Counted from the stretch's first letter, positions 49,437 through 58,698 are shown. The stretch is DNA of 64,000 nt from Oscillospiraceae bacterium (GCA_017479425.1 JAFVCD010000036.1:12130-76129); one strand, 5' to 3'. The notes: generated by a model from the sequence alone, not told the origin. Program-made: numbers and translations.

Positions 49437-50320
49437 AAAACAACCTCAAGGGCTGGCTGTACCTGCTGCCCGCGATAGTCTTTCTAGCGGTTTTTATGGT
49501 CTACCCGCTCATCGACGTCTTTATCTACTCCGTTGAAGAGGGCTACAACTCCGCCTCGCAGACCTATTTCGGGGTCGGGCTGTTCAACTTCAACTACGTT
49601 CTGCGCGATCCGTACTTCTTGCAGGCGGTGAAAAACACGCTCATCCTCGTTGTAATCACCGTTCCGCTCTCGACGGGACTTGCACTTTTAATTTCCCTCG
49701 GGCTCAGCTCCATTAAAAAGCTTCAGGATCTGTTTCAGACGATCTATTTTCTCCCCTACGTCACGAACACGCTGGCAGTCGGCCTCGTATTTATGATACT
49801 CTTCAAGCCGACGGCATATTCCGAGGGACTTGTAAATCTTCTCATCAACTTCTTCGGCGGCCCGAGCGTCGACTTCATAGACGGCCCGTACTGGGCAAAG
49901 ATGTTCGTTCTCTGCTTCTACACGATCTGGATCGTAATGCCGTTCAAGATCCTGATTCTCACAAGCGCCCTCGCCTCTGTCAACCGCGATTATTATAAGG
50001 TCGCGCAGGTCGACGCAACTCCCCCATGGCGCGTTTTCACCAAGATTACTCTCCCGATGATCAGCCCGATGATATTTTATCTCGTAATTACCGGCTTTAT
50101 CGGAGCATTCAAGGCGTACTCCGACGCCGTCGCGCTCTTCGGCACGAATCTCAACGCCGCGGGCATGAATACGATAGTCGGATATGTCTACGATATGCTC
50201 TACGGCGACTCCGGCGGCTACCCGAGCTACGCTTCTGCGGCGGCGCTGGTGCTCTTCGCCATAGTTCTGACCATCACAACCGTCAATCTTCTTGTTTCCA
50301 AGAAGAACGTACACTATTAA
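49433..50320 (+). CDS. CUT1 sugar ABC permease (MalF/UgpA-like)
   Basis: 6-TM BPD_transp_1 protein. ATGA overlap with the ATPase gene. Confidence 0.88.
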   Translation: MKNNLKGWLYLLPAIVFLAVFMVYPLIDVFIYSVEEGYNSASQTYFGVGLFNFNYVLRDPYFLQAVKNTLILVVITVPLSTGLALLISLGLSSIKKLQDLFQTIYFLPYVTNTLAVGLVFMILFKPTAYSEGLVNLLINFFGGPSVDFIDGPYWAKMFVLCFYTIWIVMPFKILILTSALASVNRDYYKVAQVDATPPWRVFTKITLPMISPMIFYLVITGFIGAFKAYSDAVALFGTNLNAAGMNTIVGYVYDMLYGDSGGYPSYASAAALVLFAIVLTITTVNLLVSKKNVHY

Positions 50321-50333
50321 GGAGGCGGATACT

Positions 50334-51176
50334 GTGAATAATAAAAAGTCCGTTTCCGTCGGCAAGGTGCTTATCTATATTTTCCTTGCCATTTGGGCGA
50401 TAATGGTCATCTTCCCGTTCTATTGGATGGTGCTGACGAGCATCAAGAGCTACTCAAGCTACAACGGCGAGTATGTTCCGCAGTTTTTCACTCTCTCCCC
50501 GACCCTTGAAAACTACATCGCCGCGTTTACGCAGGTGCCGCTCGCAAAATACTTCCTCAACACGCTTATTTTCACGGTTATCACCACCGCAGTAATGCTC
50601 GTTGTGGTAATTCTCGCGGCTTTTGCGTTCGCAAGGCTTGAATTCAAGGGCAAGGATCTGGTTTTTACGCTGTTTCTGAGCCTTATGATGATCCCGAATG
50701 AGCTTGTAATTATCACAAACTTTCAGACTATTACCTCGCTCGGTATGCGAAACACCTTCCTCGGCCTCATTTTGCCGAGCATCACGAGCATATTCTACAT
50801 TTACCTTTTAAAAGAAAACTTCGCGGAGATCCCGGACGAGCTTTACAAGGCGGCGAAGGTCGACGGAACAAGCGATTTCAAGTACCTTATAAAGGTCATG
50901 ATCCCGATCTCTCAGCCCACCATCGTGACTATCACGATCCTCAAGGTCATCGAGTGCTGGAACAGCTACGTCTGGCCGCGCCTTATCACCGACGATGAAG
51001 CCTATTTCCTCGTATCGAACGGAATACAGGAAATCCGTGAAAACGGCTTTGGCAGAGAGAACATTCCTGCGATGATGGCGGCGGTGGTCGTAATCAGCCT
51101 GCCGCTTATAATTCTCTTCCTCATCTTCCGCAAGAAGATCATGGCGGGCGTTTCGAGAGGAGGCACGAAGGGATGA
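50334..51176 (+). CDS. CUT1 sugar ABC permease (MalG/UgpE-like)
   Basis: EAA-type loop (ELYKAAKVDGTSDFKYLIKVMIP). GTG 50334 lies after GGAGG. Confidence 0.88.
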   Translation: MNNKKSVSVGKVLIYIFLAIWAIMVIFPFYWMVLTSIKSYSSYNGEYVPQFFTLSPTLENYIAAFTQVPLAKYFLNTLIFTVITTAVMLVVVILAAFAFARLEFKGKDLVFTLFLSLMMIPNELVIITNFQTITSLGMRNTFLGLILPSITSIFYIYLLKENFAEIPDELYKAAKVDGTSDFKYLIKVMIPISQPTIVTITILKVIECWNSYVWPRLITDDEAYFLVSNGIQEIRENGFGRENIPAMMAAVVVISLPLIILFLIFRKKIMAGVSRGGTKG

Positions 51177-52750
51177 AAAAGGCTCTCTCGATCGCTCTTG
51201 CCCTCCTTATCGTTTTATCGCTCAGCGCGTGTCACGGCAACGTGAGCCGCGCAAGCTTTGTGCCGCCCGAAGAATTTGACACCTCGCGCCACTTTGAGCT
51301 GAGCTTCTGGGCAAAAAACAATACGAACAAGTACCAGACCGCCATTTATCAGAAGGCGATCGACGATTTTCAGGCGCTCTACCCCAACATCGAGGTTAAT
51401 CTTCGCCTCTACACCGACTACGGCAGAATTTATCAGGACGTCATAACTAACATCTCAACGAACACAACGCCGAACATCTGTATCACCTACCCCGACCACA
51501 TTGCGACGTACAAAACAGGCTCCGAGGTCGTGGTTCCGCTCGACGAGCTCATGGTCAACTCGAAATACGGGCTCGGCGGCAGTGAGGTAAGGTTCGACGC
51601 TCCGAAAATGGATGAGATCGTGCCGCAGTTTCTCTCTGAGTGCTACATTGACGGCATCTGCTACGCTCTGCCCTTCATGCGCTCCACCGAGGCGTGCTAT
51701 GTGAACAAGACCCTCGTTGAAAAGCTCGGCTACACGCTTCCCGATATGCTAACGTGGGATTTTGTGTGGGAGGTCAGCGAAAAGGCGATGGAGAAGGACG
51801 CCGACGGCGTTTTCAAGGTGAACGGGCAGAAGGTAATGATCCCGTTTATCTACAAATCCACCGACAATATGATGATCAGTATGCTCCGTCAGAAGGGCGC
51901 CGACTACTCCACCGCCGCAGGCGAGGTACTGATTTTCAATGATACCACCCGCTCCCTGCTCCTTGAGATTGCCGAGCACGCCGGTACACGTGCATTCTCC
52001 ACATTTAAAATATCCAGCTATCCCGGAAACTTTCTGAACGCCGGTCAGTGCATCTTCGCCGTCGACTCCACCGCAGGCGCAACATGGATGGGCACCGACG
52101 CGCCGAACATCGACATTCCGAAGGAAAACCTTGTTGACTTTGAAACAGTCGTTATGGAGATCCCGCAGTACGATACCGCTCATCCGCAGATGATGAGTCA
52201 GGGCCCGTCAGCCTGCATATTCAATAAGGAGGACCCGCAGGAGGTGCTCGCAAGCTGGCTCTTTTTGCAGTATCTCATCACAAACGACGTACAGATAGCC
52301 TATTCCGAGACCGAGGGCTATCTTCCCGTAACGCTGAAGGCGCAGTCTGACCCGAGCTACGTCGATTATCTCTCCCTGCGCGGCTCCGATGTTGACCACT
52401 ACTACGTCAAGATAGACGCGGCGAAGCTCCTGCAGACCCACACCGCAAACACATTCACAACGCCCGTTTTCAACGGCTCTGCCTCTCTGCGTGACGCAGC
52501 CGGTCAGATGATTGAGGAGGTCACGAAGGGTATGCGCCGCGGCAAAACCGTTGACGATAAGTTCATCGACGATCTTTACGCCGATATGACGAGCCTTTAC
52601 CGCCTTGACTCCATTGAGGCCGGTCAGTCCACCGAGCTTCAGCCGCTGCCAACTGAATCGAAGGTGCTTTTGGGCGCGCTTGTGGTCGTCTGGCTCGGCA
52701 TCGGCGCCATTTATCTCGCAAGAATTATCAGGAAGCGCGAAAACAGTTGA
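51173..52750 (+). CDS. family-1 extracellular solute-binding lipoprotein with an additional C-terminal TM helix
   Basis: Lipobox LSACHG, SBP_bac_1-like body, and C-terminal LLGALVVVWLGIGAIYLARIIRKR. Confidence 0.8.
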   Translation: MKKALSIALALLIVLSLSACHGNVSRASFVPPEEFDTSRHFELSFWAKNNTNKYQTAIYQKAIDDFQALYPNIEVNLRLYTDYGRIYQDVITNISTNTTPNICITYPDHIATYKTGSEVVVPLDELMVNSKYGLGGSEVRFDAPKMDEIVPQFLSECYIDGICYALPFMRSTEACYVNKTLVEKLGYTLPDMLTWDFVWEVSEKAMEKDADGVFKVNGQKVMIPFIYKSTDNMMISMLRQKGADYSTAAGEVLIFNDTTRSLLLEIAEHAGTRAFSTFKISSYPGNFLNAGQCIFAVDSTAGATWMGTDAPNIDIPKENLVDFETVVMEIPQYDTAHPQMMSQGPSACIFNKEDPQEVLASWLFLQYLITNDVQIAYSETEGYLPVTLKAQSDPSYVDYLSLRGSDVDHYYVKIDAAKLLQTHTANTFTTPVFNGSASLRDAAGQMIEEVTKGMRRGKTVDDKFIDDLYADMTSLYRLDSIEAGQSTELQPLPTESKVLLGALVVVWLGIGAIYLARIIRKRENS

Positions 52751-52809
52751 TTTTTTAAGATAAAAGGTTATAATGAGCTTGCAATAATCTCTTAGGAGGA
52801 TATTTTATA

Positions 52810-54246
52810 ATGAAGAAAACTTTAGCACTTATCCTTGCGCTCTGCTTGGTATTTGCCCTTGCCGCCTGCGGCACTGACAACAAGCCTGCTACTTCCGGTG
52901 CAAACATTACCCCGAGCGAAACCCCGAAGCAGGATACCCCCGCTGCCCCCGCCACCGGCGCAGATCTCACTCCCAACGAGACCATCGCCGACGTCATGAC
53001 CCACGATGAGTACGTTGCCGCTCCTCTTGACTCCGACGTCAAGATCGAGACCTACGTTCAGGCGACCCAGTCCTGGTGGGACGGCAAGATCACCATCTAC
53101 GCCCAGAGCCCGGACGGCGCTTACTTCATCTACAACGCCGCCTGCGCCGAGGAGGACGCTGCAAAGCTCGTTCCCGGCACTAAGATTGCCGTTGAGGGCG
53201 TAAAGAGCGAGTGGAGCGGCGAGGTCGAGATCGTCGACGGCACCTTTGAGATCCTCGGCGGCGAGCCCTTCTACGCCAACCCCGATGACGTCACCGAGCT
53301 TCTCGGCGACCCCGCTCTCATCGACCATCAGAATGAGTACGTTTCCTTCCTCGCCATGACCATCGAGCCGATCGGCGATAATCAGGCGTTCCTCTACAAC
53401 TGGGACGGCTCCGGTCAGGAGGGCAGCGACCTCTACTTCAACGCGAGCGTCAACGGCGTAACCTACAACTTCACCGTTGAGAGCTACCTCACCGGCTCCG
53501 GCACTGAGGTCTATGAGGCAGTCAAGAACCTCAAAATCGGTGACGTTGTCGATATGGCCGGCTACCTCTACTGGTACAACGGTGCAAATCCCCACATCAC
53601 CGCAGTCTCGAAGTCCCAGTTCATGAGTCACAACGACTACCTTCTCGCCGATCTTGACACCCCCGTAACCATCATGACCTACGTTCAGGCGCATCAGTCC
53701 TGGTGGGACGGCAAGCTCACCATCTACGCTCAGAGCCCGGACGGCGCTTACTTCATCTACAACGCCGAGTGCGACGAGGAAACCGCAAACTCCCTCGTTC
53801 CCGGCACCAAGATCGCAGTTACCGGCTATAAGAGCGAGTGGGCGGGCGAGACTGAGATCGTCGACGCCAAGATCTATCCCTACTCCAACGGCAACTATAT
53901 TGCTGAGCCGACCGATGTCACCGAGCTTCTTGACACACCTGAGCTTATCAGCCATCAGAACGAGTTTGTATCGTTCAAGGGCATGAAGGTCGAGCCGGTA
54001 AACGGCGACAAGGCGTTCATGTACAGCTGGGACGGCTCCGGTGAAGAGGGCAGCGACCTCTACTTCGACGTCAGTGTGAACGGCAAGACCTACACCTTCA
54101 CCGTTGAGAGCTACCTCTGCGGCCCCGGCACCGAGGTCTACGAGGCAGTCAAGAACCTCAAGGTCGGCGATATCGTCGATATGGAGGGCTTCCTCTACTG
54201 GTATGAGGGCGTAAATCCGCACATCACCTCCGTCACCGTAAAGTAA
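52810..54246 (+). CDS. lipoprotein with two tandem ~209-aa repeats (each with two OB-fold-like modules), function unknown
   Basis: Lipobox LAACGT and a Pro/Thr linker, followed by an internal duplication of about 70% aa identity. Confidence 0.75.
   Translation: MKKTLALILALCLVFALAACGTDNKPATSGANITPSETPKQDTPAAPATGADLTPNETIADVMTHDEYVAAPLDSDVKIETYVQATQSWWDGKITIYAQSPDGAYFIYNAACAEEDAAKLVPGTKIAVEGVKSEWSGEVEIVDGTFEILGGEPFYANPDDVTELLGDPALIDHQNEYVSFLAMTIEPIGDNQAFLYNWDGSGQEGSDLYFNASVNGVTYNFTVESYLTGSGTEVYEAVKNLKIGDVVDMAGYLYWYNGANPHITAVSKSQFMSHNDYLLADLDTPVTIMTYVQAHQSWWDGKLTIYAQSPDGAYFIYNAECDEETANSLVPGTKIAVTGYKSEWAGETEIVDAKIYPYSNGNYIAEPTDVTELLDTPELISHQNEFVSFKGMKVEPVNGDKAFMYSWDGSGEEGSDLYFDVSVNGKTYTFTVESYLCGPGTEVYEAVKNLKVGDIVDMEGFLYWYEGVNPHITSVTVK
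52993..54243 (+). repeat. intragenic tandem duplication (2 x ~625 bp)
   Basis: Repeat 1 spans 52993-53619 and repeat 2 spans 53620-54243. Shared blocks include YVQA.QSWWDGK.TIYAQSPDGAYFIYNA and GSDLYF..SVNG.TY.FTVESYL. Confidence 0.85.
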
Positions 54247-54254
54247 AAAAGAAA

Positions 54255-54290
54255 AATAAAGAGCTCAGCCGCGTGGCTGAGCTCTTTTTT
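54255..54290. terminator. bidirectional terminator between the lipoprotein gene and the FRG gene
   Basis: gagctcagcc-gcgt-ggctgagctc (54261-54284) with an A-run before it and a T-run after it. Confidence 0.75.
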
Positions 54291-54298
54291 ATGCTTAT

Positions 54299-55105
54299 TT
54301 AATCATTCTTAACAAAATAGTGGCGGGCTATCCATTTCGATAAACCGTCAAGGCCCGGGTAGACTATGCGCTCAGACATATTGAGCGTATCGAGCATATC
54401 GCGTATGCGCCAGCGCAGGGACTTGTCGATTATGAATTTCACCGTGTTCCCGGTGTTCTCATCGAGAAACGCCTCCATATCCTCCATACCCATCGGGGTT
54501 ACGGAGAAGAACGAGTACTGATTGACGATTCGCGCCGAGATAGACGGCGGCTCGAGGACAAGCATAGCGCTGTTGCCCATATCGCGGTCATACTCCGCAA
54601 CGGTCTCGCATATCTCGCGCAGCATATCGACGGAGAAGATATCGGCCTCGTACTTGTCTGCTACGAGCCTGTATTTCTCGGGCAGGTGCGAGTGCAGCTC
54701 CTTGACGTCGATGCGCCAGACAAGTGAATCGCGCTTGTCCATCTTCTCGAGATTATCCTCGGTGACTGCAAAGTGAAGCGCGACAAGCGCGGACTGCGTC
54801 CAGTCGAGAAGGCGCGTCGGAAGTCCGTGGTGCTGGCCGAGAATCATCTGCCGCCACACGTTATCGTAGACCTTCGGGTCCTCCATAACAGCGTATTTTG
54901 CAAAATTTTTGAGGATCGCCGGCTCGAGCTTCGCCTGAAGCTCCTTACAGTTGCGCCGGAGGCTCGTTTCAAGCCGGAACGACGCATTCGGCATACCGCG
55001 GTAGACAAATTCAGAGCGGTTGCGGCGTATATCCGCGCGGTAATCCTGCTCTGTGAGAAGCTCCGTAAGCTCCTCGATTGAGGTTATCCGATGCTCTCTT
55101 ATCAT
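54299..55105 (-). CDS. FRG domain-containing protein
   Basis: FVYRGMPNASF (FRG-type motif), GQHHGLPTRLLDWTQSALVALHFA, RIVNQYSFF, and a C-terminal IVYPGLDG. Confidence 0.8.
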   Translation of the reverse strand: MIREHRITSIEELTELLTEQDYRADIRRNRSEFVYRGMPNASFRLETSLRRNCKELQAKLEPAILKNFAKYAVMEDPKVYDNVWRQMILGQHHGLPTRLLDWTQSALVALHFAVTEDNLEKMDKRDSLVWRIDVKELHSHLPEKYRLVADKYEADIFSVDMLREICETVAEYDRDMGNSAMLVLEPPSISARIVNQYSFFSVTPMGMEDMEAFLDENTGNTVKFIIDKSLRWRIRDMLDTLNMSERIVYPGLDGLSKWIARHYFVKND

Positions 55106-55474
55106 TTACTGCGCCTGAAAGCTTGCGATCTCCTCGCTTGTGGAGTCGAACTTCGCGTTGAGCTCGTCTATTTTTGCGTCGAGCTCGTCATCGGAAAGGG
55201 TGCGCTCTCTGCCGGGGCGGTATTCGTCGGCTATCTCTGCCGCAAGGTCGGAAAGAGTTGTGAGCCCGAGGTTTGCGGTCACGCCCTTGAGCGCGTGCGC
55301 GCCCTCGAAAATCGCCTTGCCGTCACCGGCGGCAACGCCGTCTCTAAGCTTCTGGATGCTGCCATCCTTCAGAAGCTTGACCACAAAGCGCGCGACAAGC
55401 GCATCAGATGGAAGTATTTTCTTCGCGGCGTTGAAATCTCCGCCGATTTTTTCATAAAGCTCCTGTACTGTCAT
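55106..55474 (-). CDS. Hpt (histidine phosphotransfer) domain protein
   Basis: GAHALKGVTANLGL is the canonical HxLKG Hpt motif. 122 aa, all-helical composition. Confidence 0.85.
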   Translation of the reverse strand: MTVQELYEKIGGDFNAAKKILPSDALVARFVVKLLKDGSIQKLRDGVAAGDGKAIFEGAHALKGVTANLGLTTLSDLAAEIADEYRPGRERTLSDDELDAKIDELNAKFDSTSEEIASFQAQ

Positions 55475-57165
55475 TTATGAGCCTCCTTCTTTTCGAGCAA
55501 GAATTTCTCAAAGGTCTTTGCGTCCACGGGCTTTGAGAAGTAGTAGCCCTGGATTATGCTGCATCCGGCGTTTTTGAGCAGTCTCACCTGCTCCTCAGTT
55601 TCAACTCCCTCGGCGACGACCGGAACGCCGAGATACTCCGCGATATCGAGCACGAGCTCGACCATACGGAAGTTCTTGCTGCCCTCGCGCACGTTCTGAA
55701 TGAACTTCATATCCATCTTAAGTACGTCGATCGGCAGAGTTGAGAGCATATTGAGCGAAGAATAACCGCTTCCGAAGTCATCCATCTCGATCTTGAAGCC
55801 GTGATTCCGCAGGGATTCGACTACCTCGATGATGGTTCTCGCATCATCAGTGTACGCGCTCTCGGTGATCTCGAGCAGCAGCTCCTCGGGCTTCAGATCG
55901 TTCTCGCGCAAGAGGTCGAGGAGCTTATTCTCAAGCTCCGGATCGTACATATCGACCCTCGAGAGGTTTATTGAAATCGGAATCGTAATGCCGAGCTCCT
56001 CGCGCCAGCGGCGGATCTGCGCCGCGCTCTCGCGCCAGACGTAATAGTCGACGAGCTGGATAAGTCCGTTCGACTCAAAAAGCGGAATGAACTCGCCGGG
56101 GCTGACCATGCCGCACTCAGGGTGGCGCCAGCGCACCAGCGCCTCAGCGCTCGCAAGAACGGGCTTGTCACCCTCGATATTGTACTTCGGCTGATAGAAT
56201 ACAAGGAACTGCTTCTCCTCCAGCGCGCGCTGGAAGTCGTTGAGGAAGCTCTCATAGTGCATTTCCTTGTCGTGGAACTCCTGATCGTAGACGTTTATTC
56301 CCTTGGAGTACTTGCCGCGCAGGCGGTTGCAGGCGAGTTTCGCCCTCGCAAAGCGGCGCTCAGGCGCGACCTCGCGGCCGCCCATTATGCAAACGCCCAT
56401 TCTGAGGCGGACGTGAGCGTTGTCGACCTCGCGGTTGACATCCTCAGAGAGCGTTTCAAACAGCTCTTCGTAGCTCTCTCTCTTGCGGCAGAAGAGAAAG
56501 AAGGTGTCCGCCTCGAGTCGGCAGGCAATACCGCCCTCGTGTTCAATGCTGCGCTTGATGCTCGCGGCAAGCTGCTGAAGCACCTTGTTGCCGAACTCGC
56601 GGCCGTGTACCTCGTTGACGAGGTTAAAGCGCCGGATATCGACTACGACGGCGTCCATCTCCCAGTTCGGGTTATAGCGCTCGAGACGCTGGCAGTATTC
56701 ATAGAAAAAGCGCTCGTTGAAAAGGCCGGTCAGCTCATCGCGCTCCGCTGCGCGAATGAGGCTTCTGCCCTCGCTGAGCTCGATGATCCTCGCAACTCTC
56801 GCGCGAATGACCTCGGGCGCGTCAAAGGGCTTTGTAATGAAGTCTGCGGCGCCGAGCTTAAGGCTCTTGAGCTCCGCGCTCTTCTCCGCAGTCAGAACTA
56901 CGATCGGAATGCGGTGCAGACTGGGGTCTGCGCGCATGGTTTCAAGCACAGCGAAGCCGTCCATAACCGGCATTACAAGATCGAGCAGCACAAGTGAGAG
57001 CGTGTTGATGTTCTCGCGGATAAAGTGGAGACCCACCTCGCCGTTTTCAGCATACAGCACGTCATAATCGTCTTCAAGTATCATGCCAAGCAGTTCGCGG
57101 TTTATCTCCTGGTCGTCAATAACAATGACCCGGCGCTTAGCTTTCTCGCCGTCCAGAACAGGCAT
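55471..57165 (-). CDS. response regulator: REC - degenerate GGDEF - EAL (predicted c-di-GMP phosphodiesterase)
   Basis: REC domain (VIDDQ...LLDLVMP...ITKPF). The GGDEF A-site reads RLEADTF. The EAL domain has intact EALVRW, N, EITE, DDFGSGYSS, KMD, EGVE and QGYYFSKP. Confidence 0.88.
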   Translation of the reverse strand: MPVLDGEKAKRRVIVIDDQEINRELLGMILEDDYDVLYAENGEVGLHFIRENINTLSLVLLDLVMPVMDGFAVLETMRADPSLHRIPIVVLTAEKSAELKSLKLGAADFITKPFDAPEVIRARVARIIELSEGRSLIRAAERDELTGLFNERFFYEYCQRLERYNPNWEMDAVVVDIRRFNLVNEVHGREFGNKVLQQLAASIKRSIEHEGGIACRLEADTFFLFCRKRESYEELFETLSEDVNREVDNAHVRLRMGVCIMGGREVAPERRFARAKLACNRLRGKYSKGINVYDQEFHDKEMHYESFLNDFQRALEEKQFLVFYQPKYNIEGDKPVLASAEALVRWRHPECGMVSPGEFIPLFESNGLIQLVDYYVWRESAAQIRRWREELGITIPISINLSRVDMYDPELENKLLDLLRENDLKPEELLLEITESAYTDDARTIIEVVESLRNHGFKIEMDDFGSGYSSLNMLSTLPIDVLKMDMKFIQNVREGSKNFRMVELVLDIAEYLGVPVVAEGVETEEQVRLLKNAGCSIIQGYYFSKPVDAKTFEKFLLEKKEAHK

Positions 57166-57254
57166 ATTCTCACGTCCCTTTTGAGCATATATATTTATAG
57201 TAATTGTACCACAAAAAGACTCCCAACGCAACAGCCAATGACGTTAAGTTAAGA

Positions 57255-57290
57255 TAAAAACAAAAGCGGGCGGCTGTGATAGCCGCCCCC
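57255..57290 (-). terminator. Rho-independent terminator (minus strand) abutting repeat copy 3
   Basis: On the minus strand: gggcggct-atca-cagccgccc followed by gcttttgttttt. Confidence 0.65.
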
Positions 57291-57452
57291 AATGCGTCGA
57301 CAAAGTCTCCGCATCGAACATATTTTGCGCTCAGAGAGCGCAAAATATGACGCCTGCGGGCGGATTATGCGACGTGAAGGGGCCTCTTGGCCGGCCCCTT
57401 CACAGATCCCCGCCTTCTTTATCCAACGCTTTTTCCATTTTGTCTACAGTCT
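57291..57452 (+). mobile_element. MITE-like structured repeat, copy 3 (162 bp), lying between the CDF gene stop and its terminator
   Basis: Same consensus as copies 1 and 2. Perfect 14-bp hairpin catattttgcgctc-aga-gagcgcaaaatatg and 11-bp hairpin gtgaaggggcc...ggccccttcac. Confidence 0.75.
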
Positions 57453-57485
57453 GAAAGCAAAGGGAGTTTTTGTCAACTTGTTCTC

Positions 57486-58586
57486 TTAAACGTCAAGGTC
57501 CATCGCAAGCGTGAAGGCGTAATCGGGGTACGCCTTCTGAAGCTCGGCGCGGATCTCCTCGAAGAGCGCGCGGCGATCCTCTACCTCAAAACCGATGAGT
57601 ATGTCGAGATTTACAGTCTTTGCCGCCGCATCGACGTAGAAGCCGTGGGTCTGGAGAACGCCCTCATGGCGCAGAACAATGCGGTTGACCTCCGTGCGCA
57701 GGCGCTTAGCCTCGTCATCCTTCGTGTTGACGGAGTAGATGCCTATTCCGGTGAGGGCAACGCCGTGCTCGCAGAAAACCTTTTCGTATACCGTGCGCTC
57801 AAGAGCGTCGATCTCGTCAGCAGTCATGGTGTCCGGCACCTCGATATGCACAGAGCCTATCACCGTATCCGGGCCGTAGGAGTTGAGGAATAGATCGTAG
57901 GCGCCCTGAACTCCCTCAACGCTCTTAACAGTGTCCTTTATAGCGCGGGCAGTATCGGGATCGGTGCGCTTGCCGAGGATATCGTCGAGCGTTTCGGTGA
58001 GCATCTCGATTCCGCTCTTTATGATAAAGCCGGAAATCACAAGTCCGACCCACGCCTCGAGCGAAAAGCCGGTGAACGTGAAGATCAGAGCGCTCGCCAG
58101 AACAGAGGCGGAGAGCACCGCGTCAAAGGTCGCGTCGGAGCCGGAGGCGATGAGCGAGCCGGAATTCACGCGCTTACCCTCGCGCTTCACAAACGCGCCG
58201 AGCAGGAGCTTTACGACCACCGCCGCGGCGATGATTATGAGCGATACAACGCTGTACTCGGGCGTATCGCCGGAGAAGAGGCTCTTTACGCTCTCCACAA
58301 GCGACGTAATTCCGGCGTAGAGGACGATGGCGGCGACGATCATCGCAGTCAGGTACTCGATCCTGCCGTAGCCCAGCGGGTGCTTTTTATCCGGCTTCTT
58401 CGCGGCGAGCTTTGTGCCGACTATTGTGATAACGCTGCTGAGCGCGTCTGAGAGATTATTTACCGCATCGAGCATGACGGCAATCGAGCCGGAGAGGAAT
58501 CCGACGGTCGCCTTGAACGCTACGAGAAAGAGGTTTGCAAGTATGCCGATAATGCTTGTACGGACTATTACTTTTTCGCGATCCAA
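57486..58586 (-). CDS. cation diffusion facilitator (CDF) family transporter
   Basis: 6-TM N-terminal domain with SIAVMLDAVNNLSDA-type motifs and a C-terminal cytoplasmic ZT_dimer-like domain. Confidence 0.85.
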   Translation of the reverse strand: MDREKVIVRTSIIGILANLFLVAFKATVGFLSGSIAVMLDAVNNLSDALSSVITIVGTKLAAKKPDKKHPLGYGRIEYLTAMIVAAIVLYAGITSLVESVKSLFSGDTPEYSVVSLIIIAAAVVVKLLLGAFVKREGKRVNSGSLIASGSDATFDAVLSASVLASALIFTFTGFSLEAWVGLVISGFIIKSGIEMLTETLDDILGKRTDPDTARAIKDTVKSVEGVQGAYDLFLNSYGPDTVIGSVHIEVPDTMTADEIDALERTVYEKVFCEHGVALTGIGIYSVNTKDDEAKRLRTEVNRIVLRHEGVLQTHGFYVDAAAKTVNLDILIGFEVEDRRALFEEIRAELQKAYPDYAFTLAMDLDV

Positions 58587-58669
58587 AATTATTCACCTCA
58601 TAAAATTACTCTATATGGAATTATATTCCCCGTTGTCCGTTTAGTCAATAAATTATGCCTTCAAATCTA

Positions 58670-58698
58670 TTGAAATTTCGCGTTGTATTTGTTAAAAT
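58670..58698 (+). promoter_or_regulatory. sigma-70-type promoter of uxaB
   Basis: TTGAAA, 17-nt spacer, TAAAAT, 30 nt upstream of ATG 58729. Confidence 0.55.
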
